Origin: Phycisphaerales bacterium
GTDB taxonomy: Bacteria > Planctomycetota > Phycisphaerae > Phycisphaerales > UBA5793
Direction of reading: 5' to 3'
DNA: 64,000 nucleotides
Assembly (NCBI GenBank): GCA_026647365.1
Contig: JAPKGW010000011.1
Location: 49,881 to 113,880, forward strand
In this document: in pieces, positions 9,901 through 21,160 of the stretch
Numbering within the stretch: position 1 is the stretch's first letter
Layout: every line of letters begins with the position of its first letter
Notes under the pieces: model-generated
Databases searched by the model: none
What the model was told of the DNA's origin: nothing
What the model saw: the letters and a program-made list of their open reading frames with translations, nothing else
Position numbers and translations under genes: made by a program

Positions 9901-10668
9901 GGCCTTCTGGAGATCGCCGTCCTTCAGCGCCTGCCTCTCGACGCCGGCAGCCGCTACGCCATTTCGACCATTGTGCGCTATGTCATCGTGATCGTCGGCG
10001 TGGCTGTGACGTTTGGCGCGATCGGGATCGGATGGTCGAAGATCCAATGGCTGGCGGCGGCGCTTACGTTCGGCCTCGCCTTCGGCCTCCAGGAGATCTT
10101 CGCCAACTTCATCTCGGGCCTCATCATTCTCGTTGAGCGGCCGATGCGCGTCGGCGACACGGTGACGATCGGAAACATCTCCGGCGAAGTGTCGCGCATC
10201 CGCATGCGCGCCACGACCATCACCGAATGGAACCGCAAGGAACTCATCGTCCCCAACAAGGAGTTCATCACCGGCCAACTCATCAACTGGACGCTCTCCG
10301 ATCCCACGCTTCGCGTTGAGATTCCCGTCGGAATCGCCTACGGGTCGGATACGCGCCTGGCCCGGTCGCTGCTGCTCAAGGTGGCGAACAAGTGTGAGTT
10401 CGCGCTCAGCGATCCGCCGCCGCGAGCCGTCTTCGTCGGCTTCGGCGAGAATGCACTGAACTTCGAGTTGCGCATCTTCATTCCGCACATCCGGCACTTC
10501 GTTGATGCGCGCGACTTCGTCAACTATGGCATCGACGACGAGTTCCGCAAGGCCGGCATCGAGATCGCCTTCCCGCAGCGCGATATTCACATCCGCACCA
10601 TCGACGGCGTGCTGCCCATCGAGCGGCGCGGGGCCGGGCAGGCGCCCCAGGGGCACGAGCAGAAATGA
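6979..10668 (+). CDS. Large MscK/KefA-like mechanosensitive channel (1229 aa)
   Basis: Signal-like N-terminus, a long coiled-coil periplasmic region rich in E/R/A/L, about 10 TM helices, and a C-terminal MscS core FGLQEIFANFISGLIILVERPMRVGDTVTIGNISGEV. Confidence 0.8.
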   Translation: MRLTSHMLSLGTSPGRWRRWMGLVPVRLCCAVLLLAAPMSALGQEGEPPPAQPAAPDLPSLAGEVLSRLSESERAGFGSALEQVGTIEESRRQSARDLLNAMLTDLRSIETALAKIADLEQRVANAPALIEQILAELAQPPTSVDPPSDQTIAQLESGLAQAEAELRAAREDATALEREAELRTRLREEIPTIIARARQEIQRLDDEITAASATSPTEVIPRLELLRLLVQRRSIEQSIVASDREQQSIEARRDSLRARQDRATRRVTTAERRVEAWRARLNEAREAEARRVAAEAKQALRRAANEHESIKALLEERTELAALHERLVGQFQQVQRQRQALEAQMQAIRAEFLRSFEEIERAGLTNTVGIILGLRRSELPSLALHEQQIRRRQQQLAESLSTQFAKERRRDEVKDIGVAVERLLAGLDDSISAEQRSAITERATEEYRAVSELLGKIIETSRDLSEQLSEADAAERALVAVTREYATFIDARILWIRSTKPLSWSDLNAAGEHALRFGRRSLWVRSWTTFRESVTADPASLSMLVIPAGAWLLLLLSSGRIVRAREHLADELTRDKMHPSFRPTYKAMGLVLLSSLRWPALLLLVSLVMRVSAEAPAAVQAIARGLQSASFIWLALEVARKACSNGGFAEVHLRWPREATTALRRHLLWFVAFVVPAEVAFRIVNSEGHELSSEPLARLLFIAGMLVLFLFIQRTLRPHGPVLRAYFDPIRGGWLARLSGVWFVVLLLLPPFLAALTGLGYFYSAQRLQASLSKTILLGLFMVIISALFYRWLWVARRRVAIDQALKRRENIQQQAESDSATTPDVNYLTEDEIDLPAANAQTIQLFRSAAVLTTLLILWAIWIDVLPALGVLERFQVWPRFGPVEMAMERPASLSAAVDSASPRVTSGDSAAPAPSTGGSDQVVSPVSPMIPQPGPSDSSGAGPAAVESVTVADLMMAIIIGVITLVLTRNIPGLLEIAVLQRLPLDAGSRYAISTIVRYVIVIVGVAVTFGAIGIGWSKIQWLAAALTFGLAFGLQEIFANFISGLIILVERPMRVGDTVTIGNISGEVSRIRMRATTITEWNRKELIVPNKEFITGQLINWTLSDPTLRVEIPVGIAYGSDTRLARSLLLKVANKCEFALSDPPPRAVFVGFGENALNFELRIFIPHIRHFVDARDFVNYGIDDEFRKAGIEIAFPQRDIHIRTIDGVLPIERRGAGQAPQGHEQK

Positions 10669-10705
10669 GCCGCTCGCCGCAGCCCGCGGAGACGCAGGAC
10701 GTTGC

Positions 10706-12181
10706 ATGATGAACATCGACCTGAGCGAACTCGACATCGAATCCCGCAACCTCGTCGCCGGGCAGTGGATCGGCGCCGCCGACGGCCGCACCTTCGCAGT
10801 GGCTGATCCGGCCACGGACCGCGAGATCGCGCAAGTTCCCCTCTGCGGCGCCGCCGAGACGCGTCAAGCCGTCGAAGCGGCCGCACGCGCCTGGCCCGAC
10901 TGGCGAAGCCGCACCGCAGCCGAGCGTGGCAGCCTCCTCGCCGCCCTCGCCGACCTCATGATGCGACACCGCGAGCGCCTCGCGCGACTCATGACGCTTG
11001 AGCAGGGCAAACCGATCACGGAGTCGCGCGGCGAGATCGCGTACGCGGCGTCCTTCCTCGATTGGGCCGCCGAGGAAGGCAGGCGGCTCTACGGCGAGAC
11101 CATTCCCGCCTCCCATCGGCAGAAGCGGATTCTCGTGCTGCGCCAGAGCATCGGCGTCGTCGCCGCCATCACGCCGTGGAACTTCCCCAGCGCGATGATC
11201 ACGCGAAAGCTCGGTCCGGCGCTGGCCTGCGGCAACACGTGCGTCGTCAAGCCCGCCGAGCAGACGCCGCTCTCCGCCCTCGCGCTGGGCGACCTTGCGA
11301 TGCAGGCCGGCTTCCCTCCCGGCGTCATCAACGTCATCACCGGAGATCCGCACGCCATCGGCCGCGAGATCTTCGGCAACACCGCCGTGCGCAAGGTCTC
11401 CTTCACCGGCAGCACCGAGGTCGGCAGGATTCTGATGCGCCAGGCGGCCGACCACGTCGTGCGCCTGAGCCTCGAACTCGGCGGGCACGCGCCCTTCATC
11501 GTCTTCGAAGACGCCGACATCGACGCCGCCGTTGCGGGTGCGATGGCGAGCAAGTTCCGCAACAGCGGCCAGACATGCGTCTGCGCCAACCGGTTCTTCG
11601 TGCATGAGTCGGCCTATGAGAAGTTCGCCGCAGGACTGGCGCGAGCCATGGCGTCGCTGCGCGTCGGCTGCGGCTTCGATGAGAACGTGCAGATCGGCCC
11701 GCTCATCGACGACGAAGCCGTCGCCAAGGTGACTTCCCATGTGAGCGACGCCCTCGCGCACGGTGCGACCGTGCGCACCGGCGGCGATCTCGCGGCCGTC
11801 GGGCCGGGGTATGCGAAGCGCTTCTTCGCCCCCACGCTCATCGACGGCCTCACCGGCGACATGCGCATCTGCCGCGAAGAGACCTTCGGCCCCCTCGCTC
11901 CGCTGCGCGCCTTCACCGGCGAAGAGGAAGCGATCGCCCTCGCCAACGATTCGCCCTATGGGCTCGCCGCCTACTTCTACACCCGCGATGCAAGCCGACT
12001 CATGCGCGTGGCCGAGGCACTCGAATACGGCATCGTCGGCGCCAACGACGGCATGCCCTCAACCGCCCAGGCGCCCTTCGGCGGCGTCAAGCAATCCGGC
12101 TTCGGCCGCGAGGGCGGCCGCCATGTCATGCACGAGTATTCGAACGTCAAGTATGTCTCGTGGGGCCTCGGCGGCGCATGA
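10706..12181 (+). CDS. gabD: Succinate-semialdehyde dehydrogenase (NAD(P)+)
   Basis: ALDH family with LELGGHAPFIVF and catalytic NSGQTCVCANRF. The N-terminal half is collinear with the GabD family (LMTLEQGKPITESRGEIAYAASFLDWAAEEG). Start taken at ATG 10706 (MMNIDL...). Confidence 0.8.
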   Translation: MMNIDLSELDIESRNLVAGQWIGAADGRTFAVADPATDREIAQVPLCGAAETRQAVEAAARAWPDWRSRTAAERGSLLAALADLMMRHRERLARLMTLEQGKPITESRGEIAYAASFLDWAAEEGRRLYGETIPASHRQKRILVLRQSIGVVAAITPWNFPSAMITRKLGPALACGNTCVVKPAEQTPLSALALGDLAMQAGFPPGVINVITGDPHAIGREIFGNTAVRKVSFTGSTEVGRILMRQAADHVVRLSLELGGHAPFIVFEDADIDAAVAGAMASKFRNSGQTCVCANRFFVHESAYEKFAAGLARAMASLRVGCGFDENVQIGPLIDDEAVAKVTSHVSDALAHGATVRTGGDLAAVGPGYAKRFFAPTLIDGLTGDMRICREETFGPLAPLRAFTGEEEAIALANDSPYGLAAYFYTRDASRLMRVAEALEYGIVGANDGMPSTAQAPFGGVKQSGFGREGGRHVMHEYSNVKYVSWGLGGA

Positions 12182-12231
12182 GGCGTCTGCTCAGTCGACT
12201 GCCCGCGCCATCCGCGTGAACCGGCCGCGAT

Positions 12232-12891
12232 CTATTCGTCGATGTACTCCCACACGACGACGTCGAGGCGCTGACGGCCCCACTTGCGCGCGATCTCGTG
12301 CGTCGGGTAGAGCACATCCAGGCGGTTGCCCTTGATCGCCCCGCCGCGGTCGAGCACCGGAGTGGGCAGGTTCTCGTTGTAGCCCGGCACGCTCAGCAGT
12401 GTGCCGAACTTGAAGCGCTTGTCGGCTGCAATGAGTTTGCCGCCGTTGGTCAGGACGGAGTAGCCGCTGGCAGTAATGCCGTCGTCGAAAGGCGCGCAAC
12501 TGCGCCAGTCCGGGCTGTAGGCCGTCACGACCATGCTGATGCTCTTGACGGCGCGGATCGGCCGCCCGTCAAAGTAGCGGACGTCACACTCGGACGGGTC
12601 AATCGGCGTCTCTCCGATCACCTCCAAAGTCGGCTCGGATTCAGATGCGATCGGAGCGGTGGCCTCAACTGGATCCGTCTCGCCGAGAGAAGCCGGCGCC
12701 GGGTCGAGGTCAACCGAGCGATGCGTTGTGGTAACCTGGAGAAGCCTCCGGCCGGGCGTCTGGATCCCCTGGAAGAGAACCAGGCCGCCTCCGAGGGCGA
12801 CCAGGGCAGTCAAGGCACAGATCGCCGGCAGGACCACCCCGGCTGCGTGGGTAGACCGATGGCGCCACAATGGGCTGGGTCTTGTCTTCAC
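12232..12891 (-). CDS. 3D-domain (MltA/YuiC-like) cell-wall-active protein with N-terminal membrane anchor
   Basis: C-terminal VVTAYSPDWRSCAPFDDGITASGYSV...DRGGAIKGNRLDVLY matches the 3D-domain pattern. N-terminal TM segment. GTG start preceded by ACGGAG. Confidence 0.7.
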   Translation of the reverse strand: MKTRPSPLWRHRSTHAAGVVLPAICALTALVALGGGLVLFQGIQTPGRRLLQVTTTHRSVDLDPAPASLGETDPVEATAPIASESEPTLEVIGETPIDPSECDVRYFDGRPIRAVKSISMVVTAYSPDWRSCAPFDDGITASGYSVLTNGGKLIAADKRFKFGTLLSVPGYNENLPTPVLDRGGAIKGNRLDVLYPTHEIARKWGRQRLDVVVWEYIDE

Positions 12892-13223
12892 TTGTTGTCA
12901 CTCCGTTTGCCAACCAGCGGTCAGAGCCGACCCCTTCCGTGGGCGGCGGGAACCACACCGGTCCGTCGGTGAGTGACCAAGACTATCACAACAAGATCAG
13001 CGGGCCAGAATTCTACGGTGAAACCACGAGCGATGAGGGCGGTCTGGAACGCCAGCGACGGTCGTAACGATTGGGTAATGTATTGCCTCAGCATACCGGA
13101 GGCAAGCGCTGGTCCGCTGGCCGAGGTTCGACGTTATTCGGACCTCATTCACCTCATACGTATCGACTCACTGATCGGGTGAATGATCTGTCAGCACCGG
13201 TCTGCTCAGGCGCCTGAAGACCG

Positions 13224-13418
13224 TCAGACCTGCTTGCCCTCGTGGGTGATGGCGATCCCCCGGCCACGGCGCGAAGACGCGACATCCCCGCAGTTGGAGC
13301 AGGAAGGCGAGCCGCCGCCGCGCGGCAGCAGGGGGCGGACGATCAGCCACACCGCCGCGATGCACGCCGCGCTGACCACATAGAACTGCCAGTCATCCAA
13401 GGGCAAGCCGGCCATCAT
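13224..13418 (-). CDS. FeoB-associated Cys-rich small membrane protein (64 aa)
   Basis: One TM helix (FYVVSAACIAAVWLIV) followed by GGGSPSCSNCG. The start ATG overlaps the feoB stop by 4 nt (ATGA), suggesting translational coupling. Confidence 0.55.
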   Translation of the reverse strand: MMAGLPLDDWQFYVVSAACIAAVWLIVRPLLPRGGGSPSCSNCGDVASSRRGRGIAITHEGKQV

Positions 13419-15496
13419 GACACTCCCAGCGCGCTCAGTCCCTGGAACGTGAGAAGTGCCGCGACCCACGCCACGCAGGACATGTAGGCCAGTTGCAGGC
13501 CCGCCCACTTCCAGCTGCCCGTCTCGCGGCGCGTTACCGCCAGCGTCGGCAGGCACTGCATGGCAAGCACGAAGAAGACGAGCAGGCTCGCGCTCGTCGC
13601 CGTCGTGAACACGGGGGTCGCCTGGTCATCACGCGTCGCGGCGCGAATGCGGTCGATCATGCCGGGGTCCTCGGCAAGATCGACATCGCCCTCGCCGGTC
13701 AGCAGGACCGCCATTGTCGAGACGAAGACCTCGCGCGCCGCGAAACTGGTCAGCACACCGATGGTCAGTTGCCAGTCGTAGCCCAGCGGCGCGAAGACGG
13801 GCTGCACGACGCGGCCGAGACGGCCGGCGTAACTCTGCCGCGTGGCGTGGCTCGACTCGAGGGCCTTGGCCTGCGCGGCCAGTTCAGCGGCGCGTTGCGC
13901 ATCGGCGGATTCGGTCTGCGCCGCCTCCTGCCGAAGCGCGACGGCCTCGTGCGGCGCCTCGGCGACGGGGTACGCGCTGAGCCACCACAGCACGATGCAG
14001 ATCGCGAGGATGATCGTTCCCGCGTTCTTGAGGAAGATGAGGCCGCGATCGAAAGTCGCCCACAGCGCCGTGCGCAGCGCCGGCAACTTGTAGGAGGGCA
14101 ACTCGAGGACCATCGGCCTCGACCGGCCGCGCAGAATCGTCCGCCGTGCGATCAGCGCGCTGGTCAGCCCGGCGCCGGCGCCGAGCAGGTAACAGCCGAA
14201 GAACGCCAACCCCGCCAGCCAGGGACGATCGCGAAACAGCATGCTCGTCAGAAGAACGTACACGGGCACGCGGGCCGAGCAACTCATGAACGGCGCCACG
14301 AGGATCGTCGCCAGCCGGTCGTGCCGGTCGGGAATCAGTTTCGTGGACATGATCCCCGGCAGGGCGCACGCGTGGCTCGAAAGCAGCGGCACGAACGCCT
14401 GACCCGGCAGTCCGAAACGGCACATGATCCGGTCCATCACAAAAGCCGCGCGCGCCAGGTATCCCGTGTCTTCGAGCAGGCTGATGAGGAAGAAAAGAAG
14501 GCAGATCTGAGGAAGGAAGACGACGGTCGCCCCGACGCCGCCGATGATCCCCTGCGAGACGAGGTCGTTAATGGCGCCGGCAGGGAGGGCGGAGGCCGTC
14601 CATTCCGACAGCGCCCCGAAAACGCGCTCGATGATGTCCATCGGGATCGTCGCCATCTGGAAGATGACGGTGAACAGGCCTGCCATCACGCCGGCGAAGA
14701 TGAGCAGCCCGAGGATCGGATGCGTGAACGCCTTGTCGAGGCGCTCGGTGAACGTGTCGTTCGCCGCGCCAATCGCGGCGTCGCCTCCCACACTCGACGC
14801 GACCGCGTGATCCGCCCATGCTTCGAGGCGTACGGGGTCGGCCGCGATCTCCTTCATGCCCTCGGCGACGGGGGAAGCGCCGCGAGCCGCCGCCGTCGCC
14901 TCGAAGCGCTCGATCTCGCGATTGAGCGCGTGCTTGATCGCAGGGATTCCCGTTCCCTTGCGCGCGACCGTCGCAACGACGGGGCAGCCGATCTGGCGGC
15001 TGAGTTCGGCGGCGTCGATGGTCAGCCCCTGGCGCTGGGCAAGATCGATCATGTTGAGTGCGACGACGGTCGGCAGGCCGTGCGCGAGCAGTTCGCCCAC
15101 GAGGAAGAGGTTGCGCGCGAGGTTTGTGGCGTCGACGACGATGAGCACCGCGTCGGGGCGCTGATAGAGCGCGCTGCCCTGCATGAGGTCGCGGCCGATG
15201 CGCGACTCGGGCACTTCAAGCGAAAGGCGGTACACGCCGGGCAGGTCGATGATCTCGAAGGCCGGTCCGCCGCGCGTTTCGGGAGTGCAATGCCCCACGA
15301 GCGCTTCGGCGGTGATGCCGGGAAAGTTGGCGGTCTTGGCGCGCAGGCCGCACAGACGGTTGAAGAGCGTCGTCTTGCCGGTGTTGGGGTTCCCGAAGAG
15401 GGCGATGCGCCGCGACGCCCTGGTCGCCTTTCGCCCGCCCGCGCCAGGCGCGGCCTGTTCGGCGACGGTCTCGCTGTCCGGCCTGAGGCGCGTCAT
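13415..15496 (-). CDS. feoB: Ferrous iron transporter FeoB
   Basis: N-terminal G domain (FGNPNTGKTTLFN, DLPG) followed by a polytopic membrane domain of typical FeoB length. Confidence 0.95.
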   Translation of the reverse strand: MTRLRPDSETVAEQAAPGAGGRKATRASRRIALFGNPNTGKTTLFNRLCGLRAKTANFPGITAEALVGHCTPETRGGPAFEIIDLPGVYRLSLEVPESRIGRDLMQGSALYQRPDAVLIVVDATNLARNLFLVGELLAHGLPTVVALNMIDLAQRQGLTIDAAELSRQIGCPVVATVARKGTGIPAIKHALNREIERFEATAAARGASPVAEGMKEIAADPVRLEAWADHAVASSVGGDAAIGAANDTFTERLDKAFTHPILGLLIFAGVMAGLFTVIFQMATIPMDIIERVFGALSEWTASALPAGAINDLVSQGIIGGVGATVVFLPQICLLFFLISLLEDTGYLARAAFVMDRIMCRFGLPGQAFVPLLSSHACALPGIMSTKLIPDRHDRLATILVAPFMSCSARVPVYVLLTSMLFRDRPWLAGLAFFGCYLLGAGAGLTSALIARRTILRGRSRPMVLELPSYKLPALRTALWATFDRGLIFLKNAGTIILAICIVLWWLSAYPVAEAPHEAVALRQEAAQTESADAQRAAELAAQAKALESSHATRQSYAGRLGRVVQPVFAPLGYDWQLTIGVLTSFAAREVFVSTMAVLLTGEGDVDLAEDPGMIDRIRAATRDDQATPVFTTATSASLLVFFVLAMQCLPTLAVTRRETGSWKWAGLQLAYMSCVAWVAALLTFQGLSALGVS

Positions 15497-15497
15497 G

Positions 15498-15773
15498 TCA
15501 CGGACGGATCGACGGCGGCAGCACGAAAATGCGCTGCGCCAGGCTCTTCGACATCCCGATACGCGTGGACTTCACCTGCACGATCCACGGGTCGCCGATC
15601 TTGCAGATCTTCAGTTGGCAGCGATCCGTCATCCCCATCGCGTTGAGCATGTCGCAGTCTTCGCAGCGCAGGTCCGCCTTGTAAAAGGTCGCGCACTGGC
15701 CCCGGCCGAGTTGCGTCAGGCTGACGCACGTCGGCGTAGCAACGGGTGCGGCTGAGGAGACCGGCGTGGTCAT
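15498..15773 (-). CDS. feoA: FeoA domain protein
   Basis: SH3-like FeoA pattern (LNAMGMTDRCQLKICKIGDPWIVQVKSTRIGMSKSLAQRIFV). It ends 1 nt before the feoB start and has AAGGAG 11 nt upstream of its ATG. Confidence 0.8.
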   Translation of the reverse strand: MTTPVSSAAPVATPTCVSLTQLGRGQCATFYKADLRCEDCDMLNAMGMTDRCQLKICKIGDPWIVQVKSTRIGMSKSLAQRIFVLPPSIRP

Positions 15774-15798
15774 GGGAGGGTCAACTCCTTTGCGGGCA

Positions 15799-15817
15799 AT
15801 TGAGACTGGTTCTCAAT
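15799..15817. promoter_or_regulatory. Perfect 7-5-7 palindrome ATTGAGA-ctggt-TCTCAAT upstream of feoA; candidate metalloregulator operator
   Basis: Read directly from the sequence. It lies 25-44 nt upstream of the feoA ATG, between a TATGAAT-like element and the Shine-Dalgarno. Confidence 0.4.
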
Positions 15818-15976
15818 CACACCCTTATTCATAGGACAACCGCGAACACATCTCCACTCGTATCGCCAATTTTGACGTAGAAAACGCCGGTTCGCCCTCC
15901 ATATATGGATAGATCGGTCACTTTCAAGGTGGTTTCCCTATCCCGGGCCGCCTCCCCTCGACGCCGGCCGTCAACT

Positions 15977-16501
15977 TCAGGCCGTCCACGCCCCCGCGTA
16001 TCCCGTGTCGAAGCCGCCCGCCGCCGCCCCGACCGCTTCGTAAAGGCGCTTGGCGATCTGGCGCAAATGGAGCAGGTCGTGGGCCGCCCAGGAGGCGAGC
16101 AGATCGCCAGCGCGTAGCGCGCCGAGGCGCGGATGTTGAGCAGACAGCGACCAATTCACGACGCCGAGCGACACCAGCCACATCAGGTTCGCCTGCCGCG
16201 CCGCAATGAACCGCTCAAGCGCTTGGTGGGGATCCTGCTCCTGATAGCGGCGAGTCCGCGCGGCGCCCTCGGGATCGATCTTCGGCCAGTCGGCGCGCGG
16301 ATCACGCAGCGTCAGTTCGAGTCGCGCACGGAAGTCTTCCATCTCCTCGTCGGCGAGATGACAGAGTATCTCGACGATCGACCAGGCCTGACCCTGGGCG
16401 CCGCCGCGCCGGCGCAGCGTTGCGTCATCAAGCGCGCCAACGACGGCACGCAGTATCTCCGGAAATCGAGCGAGCGAGTTGATGAGAACGTCGGCATTCA
16501 T
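15977..16501 (-). CDS. DinB-family (DinB_2-like) four-helix-bundle protein
   Basis: WSIVEILCHLADEE...AHDLLHLRQI gives a DinB-like His triad spacing. Start taken at ATG 16501, because the upstream part of the track ORF looks non-coding. Confidence 0.7.
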   Translation of the reverse strand: MNADVLINSLARFPEILRAVVGALDDATLRRRGGAQGQAWSIVEILCHLADEEMEDFRARLELTLRDPRADWPKIDPEGAARTRRYQEQDPHQALERFIAARQANLMWLVSLGVVNWSLSAQHPRLGALRAGDLLASWAAHDLLHLRQIAKRLYEAVGAAAGGFDTGYAGAWTA

Positions 16502-16891
16502 GCACGATCCTAGGTGTGACTTCTCCACAGGTGATCCACGACACTCACACTGCAGACGAATCCTCGCCAAGGGTGATCCCCCAAGTTCGGGGAGGTCGCG
16601 CGGCATCTCGGAATTTCGCCTGATGTTTCGCTGCGCAGCCGGTCGATAAAGGACACTGCCGCCGTGCCGCGGCGCCGGCCATGCTCTCCCTCGGGCGAGC
16701 CGTGACTGGCTGGAGGGTTTGAGACAGATCGAGTTCAGCGCCGGGTTCCGGCAAGTCGCCCCATCGACGACATGAGTCGAATGCGCGATTCGCCAGCGGA
16801 CGCGGCCCGTTCGCCGAGAGGGGAGAACGGGCCGGGCGCAATCCACGGGACCCGCGCTGAACTCGCACAATCAAAGAGAGGAGATGATCGC

Positions 16892-17209
16892 ATGCCGATT
16901 CACTCGAACGGATCGCCGACGGAAGCGTCTTCGCGCCCGCTTGAAGTCCTGTGCCCTTCGCCCGTCGCCGAAGCGAAGGTGAGTGCCTCGTCCGAAGCGT
17001 CGCGTGAGGAGGCGCGGGAGGCCGCCGCGTTGAGCCGCCCCGCTCGCGTGATCCGGCCGCCGGGTCGCCCGCTCGAGCAGGTGATGCGCGCGTTCCACGA
17101 GCAGCGCCGCCTCGAGCGCGAGGAGGGCGAATCGGCAGGCGTGATCGAAGCCGTCCTTGCAGCCCGGGGCCCCGGCTCACTCGCAGCCGACCTTGCGGAC
17201 AGCGACTGA
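16892..17209 (+). CDS. Hypothetical small low-complexity protein (105 aa)
   Basis: ATG preceded by GAGAGGAG, and the ORF ends 60 nt before the VIT1 gene on the same strand. The composition (S/A/E/R-rich) is not distinctive, so coding status is uncertain. Confidence 0.3.
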   Translation: MPIHSNGSPTEASSRPLEVLCPSPVAEAKVSASSEASREEAREAAALSRPARVIRPPGRPLEQVMRAFHEQRRLEREEGESAGVIEAVLAARGPGSLAADLADSD

Positions 17210-17269
17210 CGGCCCGTTCGGGGTGGGTTCCGCATTCGTCGCGGCGGCTCGGGGCGGCTACAACAGGGC

Positions 17270-18049
17270 ATGACGCCCACACTCGCCGACCTCAGCCCCG
17301 ATGCCCGCGCACGTTTGCACCGCGAACACACGCCGCAGGCGATCGAAGACCGTCTCAGCGCCGGCATGAAGCATAGTTACCTGCGCGACTTCATCTACGG
17401 CGCCATCGACGGCGCGGTGACGACTTTCGCCGTCGTCGCCGGCGTCGTCGGTGCGCAACTGGCCGTCGGCATCGTCATCATTCTCGGCCTGGGCAATCTC
17501 TTCGCCGACGGATTCTCGATGGCGATCAGCAACTACCTCGGCACGCGCGCCGAGCACCAGGTCCGCCGCCGCACCCGCCGCACCGAAGAACTTCACATCA
17601 AGGCGATTCCCGAAGGAGAGCGCGAGGAGATCCGCCAACTCTTCGCGGGCAAGGGCTTCAGCGGCGAGCAACTCGACATGGTCGTTGAAGTGATTACTGC
17701 CGATCCGAAGCGCTGGGTGGACACGATGCTGACCGAAGAGCACGGCCTGGCGCTGGAGGGCGTCTCGCCCTGGCGCGCGGGATGGACGACCTTCATCGCG
17801 TTTCTCATCATCGGCTTCATTCCGCTGCTGCCTTATGTAACAGACCTGCTCGTGCCGGAGATGCTGGGCCGAGGCGTCTTTGCGTGGAGTGCGGCCATGA
17901 CGGGCGTGGCCTTCTTCATCGTCGGCGCCATCAAGGCGCCCTTCGTCGGCGAGTCGTGGTGGCGCTCGGGCGTCGAGACGCTCCTCATCGGCGGAGTCGC
18001 AGCGGCGATGGCCTACGGCATCGGCTCAGCCTTGCGCGGTCTGGCGTAG
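17270..18049 (+). CDS. VIT1/CCC1-family iron/manganese transporter
   Basis: SYLRDFIYGAIDGAVTTFAVVAG, a central cytoplasmic E-rich metal-binding helix region, and 5 TM segments are typical of the VIT family. Confidence 0.8.
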   Translation: MTPTLADLSPDARARLHREHTPQAIEDRLSAGMKHSYLRDFIYGAIDGAVTTFAVVAGVVGAQLAVGIVIILGLGNLFADGFSMAISNYLGTRAEHQVRRRTRRTEELHIKAIPEGEREEIRQLFAGKGFSGEQLDMVVEVITADPKRWVDTMLTEEHGLALEGVSPWRAGWTTFIAFLIIGFIPLLPYVTDLLVPEMLGRGVFAWSAAMTGVAFFIVGAIKAPFVGESWWRSGVETLLIGGVAAAMAYGIGSALRGLA

Positions 18050-18084
18050 CGCTCATCAATCAGTTCACGAATGCGCTGCCCCAC

Positions 18085-20913
<2,829 letters not shown>

Positions 20914-21160
20914 TCGAAAGAGGTGCTGAACGGTCCGCCGCCGCGGCCGCGCGACGGCCAGACTAATCTAGCACGATCCGCCGTCGCATCCAACCACCGG
21001 CGCCGGGCGCGCCGACGAACCCCTCGCGGGCATCCGGAGATTACGGGTGTTCACCCGACCTCGCGGGGTCGAACCGGCGATAAGGCGTGGCCGCCTAGGA
21101 TGCTCGCACACGCTTCCGGCGCTCGACGCCGGCGCGCGCAACCTGATTGCCGACCTTGCC

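Noticed and set aside
12892-13223. A cobalamin riboswitch or SRP/6S-type RNA in this leader.
   Set aside because: I could not find the B12-box/GCCACUG core, and no SRP-like GGAA/AGCA symmetric-loop motifs. Only the weak ydaO-like fragments reported as a low-interest finding remain.
13493-15646. A 717-aa ORF antisense to feoB, together with similar long antisense ORFs at 3729-5294, 5739-6998, 7246-8517, 9727-10815, 19360-21270, 28653-30794, 33510-34898, 36062-38074, 42753-43952, 44041-45333 and 60103-62334.
   Set aside because: Each lies opposite a gene with clear family motifs. Their translations are Arg/Ala/Gly/Pro/Asp-rich low-complexity strings with no motifs. This is the expected stop-codon-poor shadow of high-GC coding sequence.
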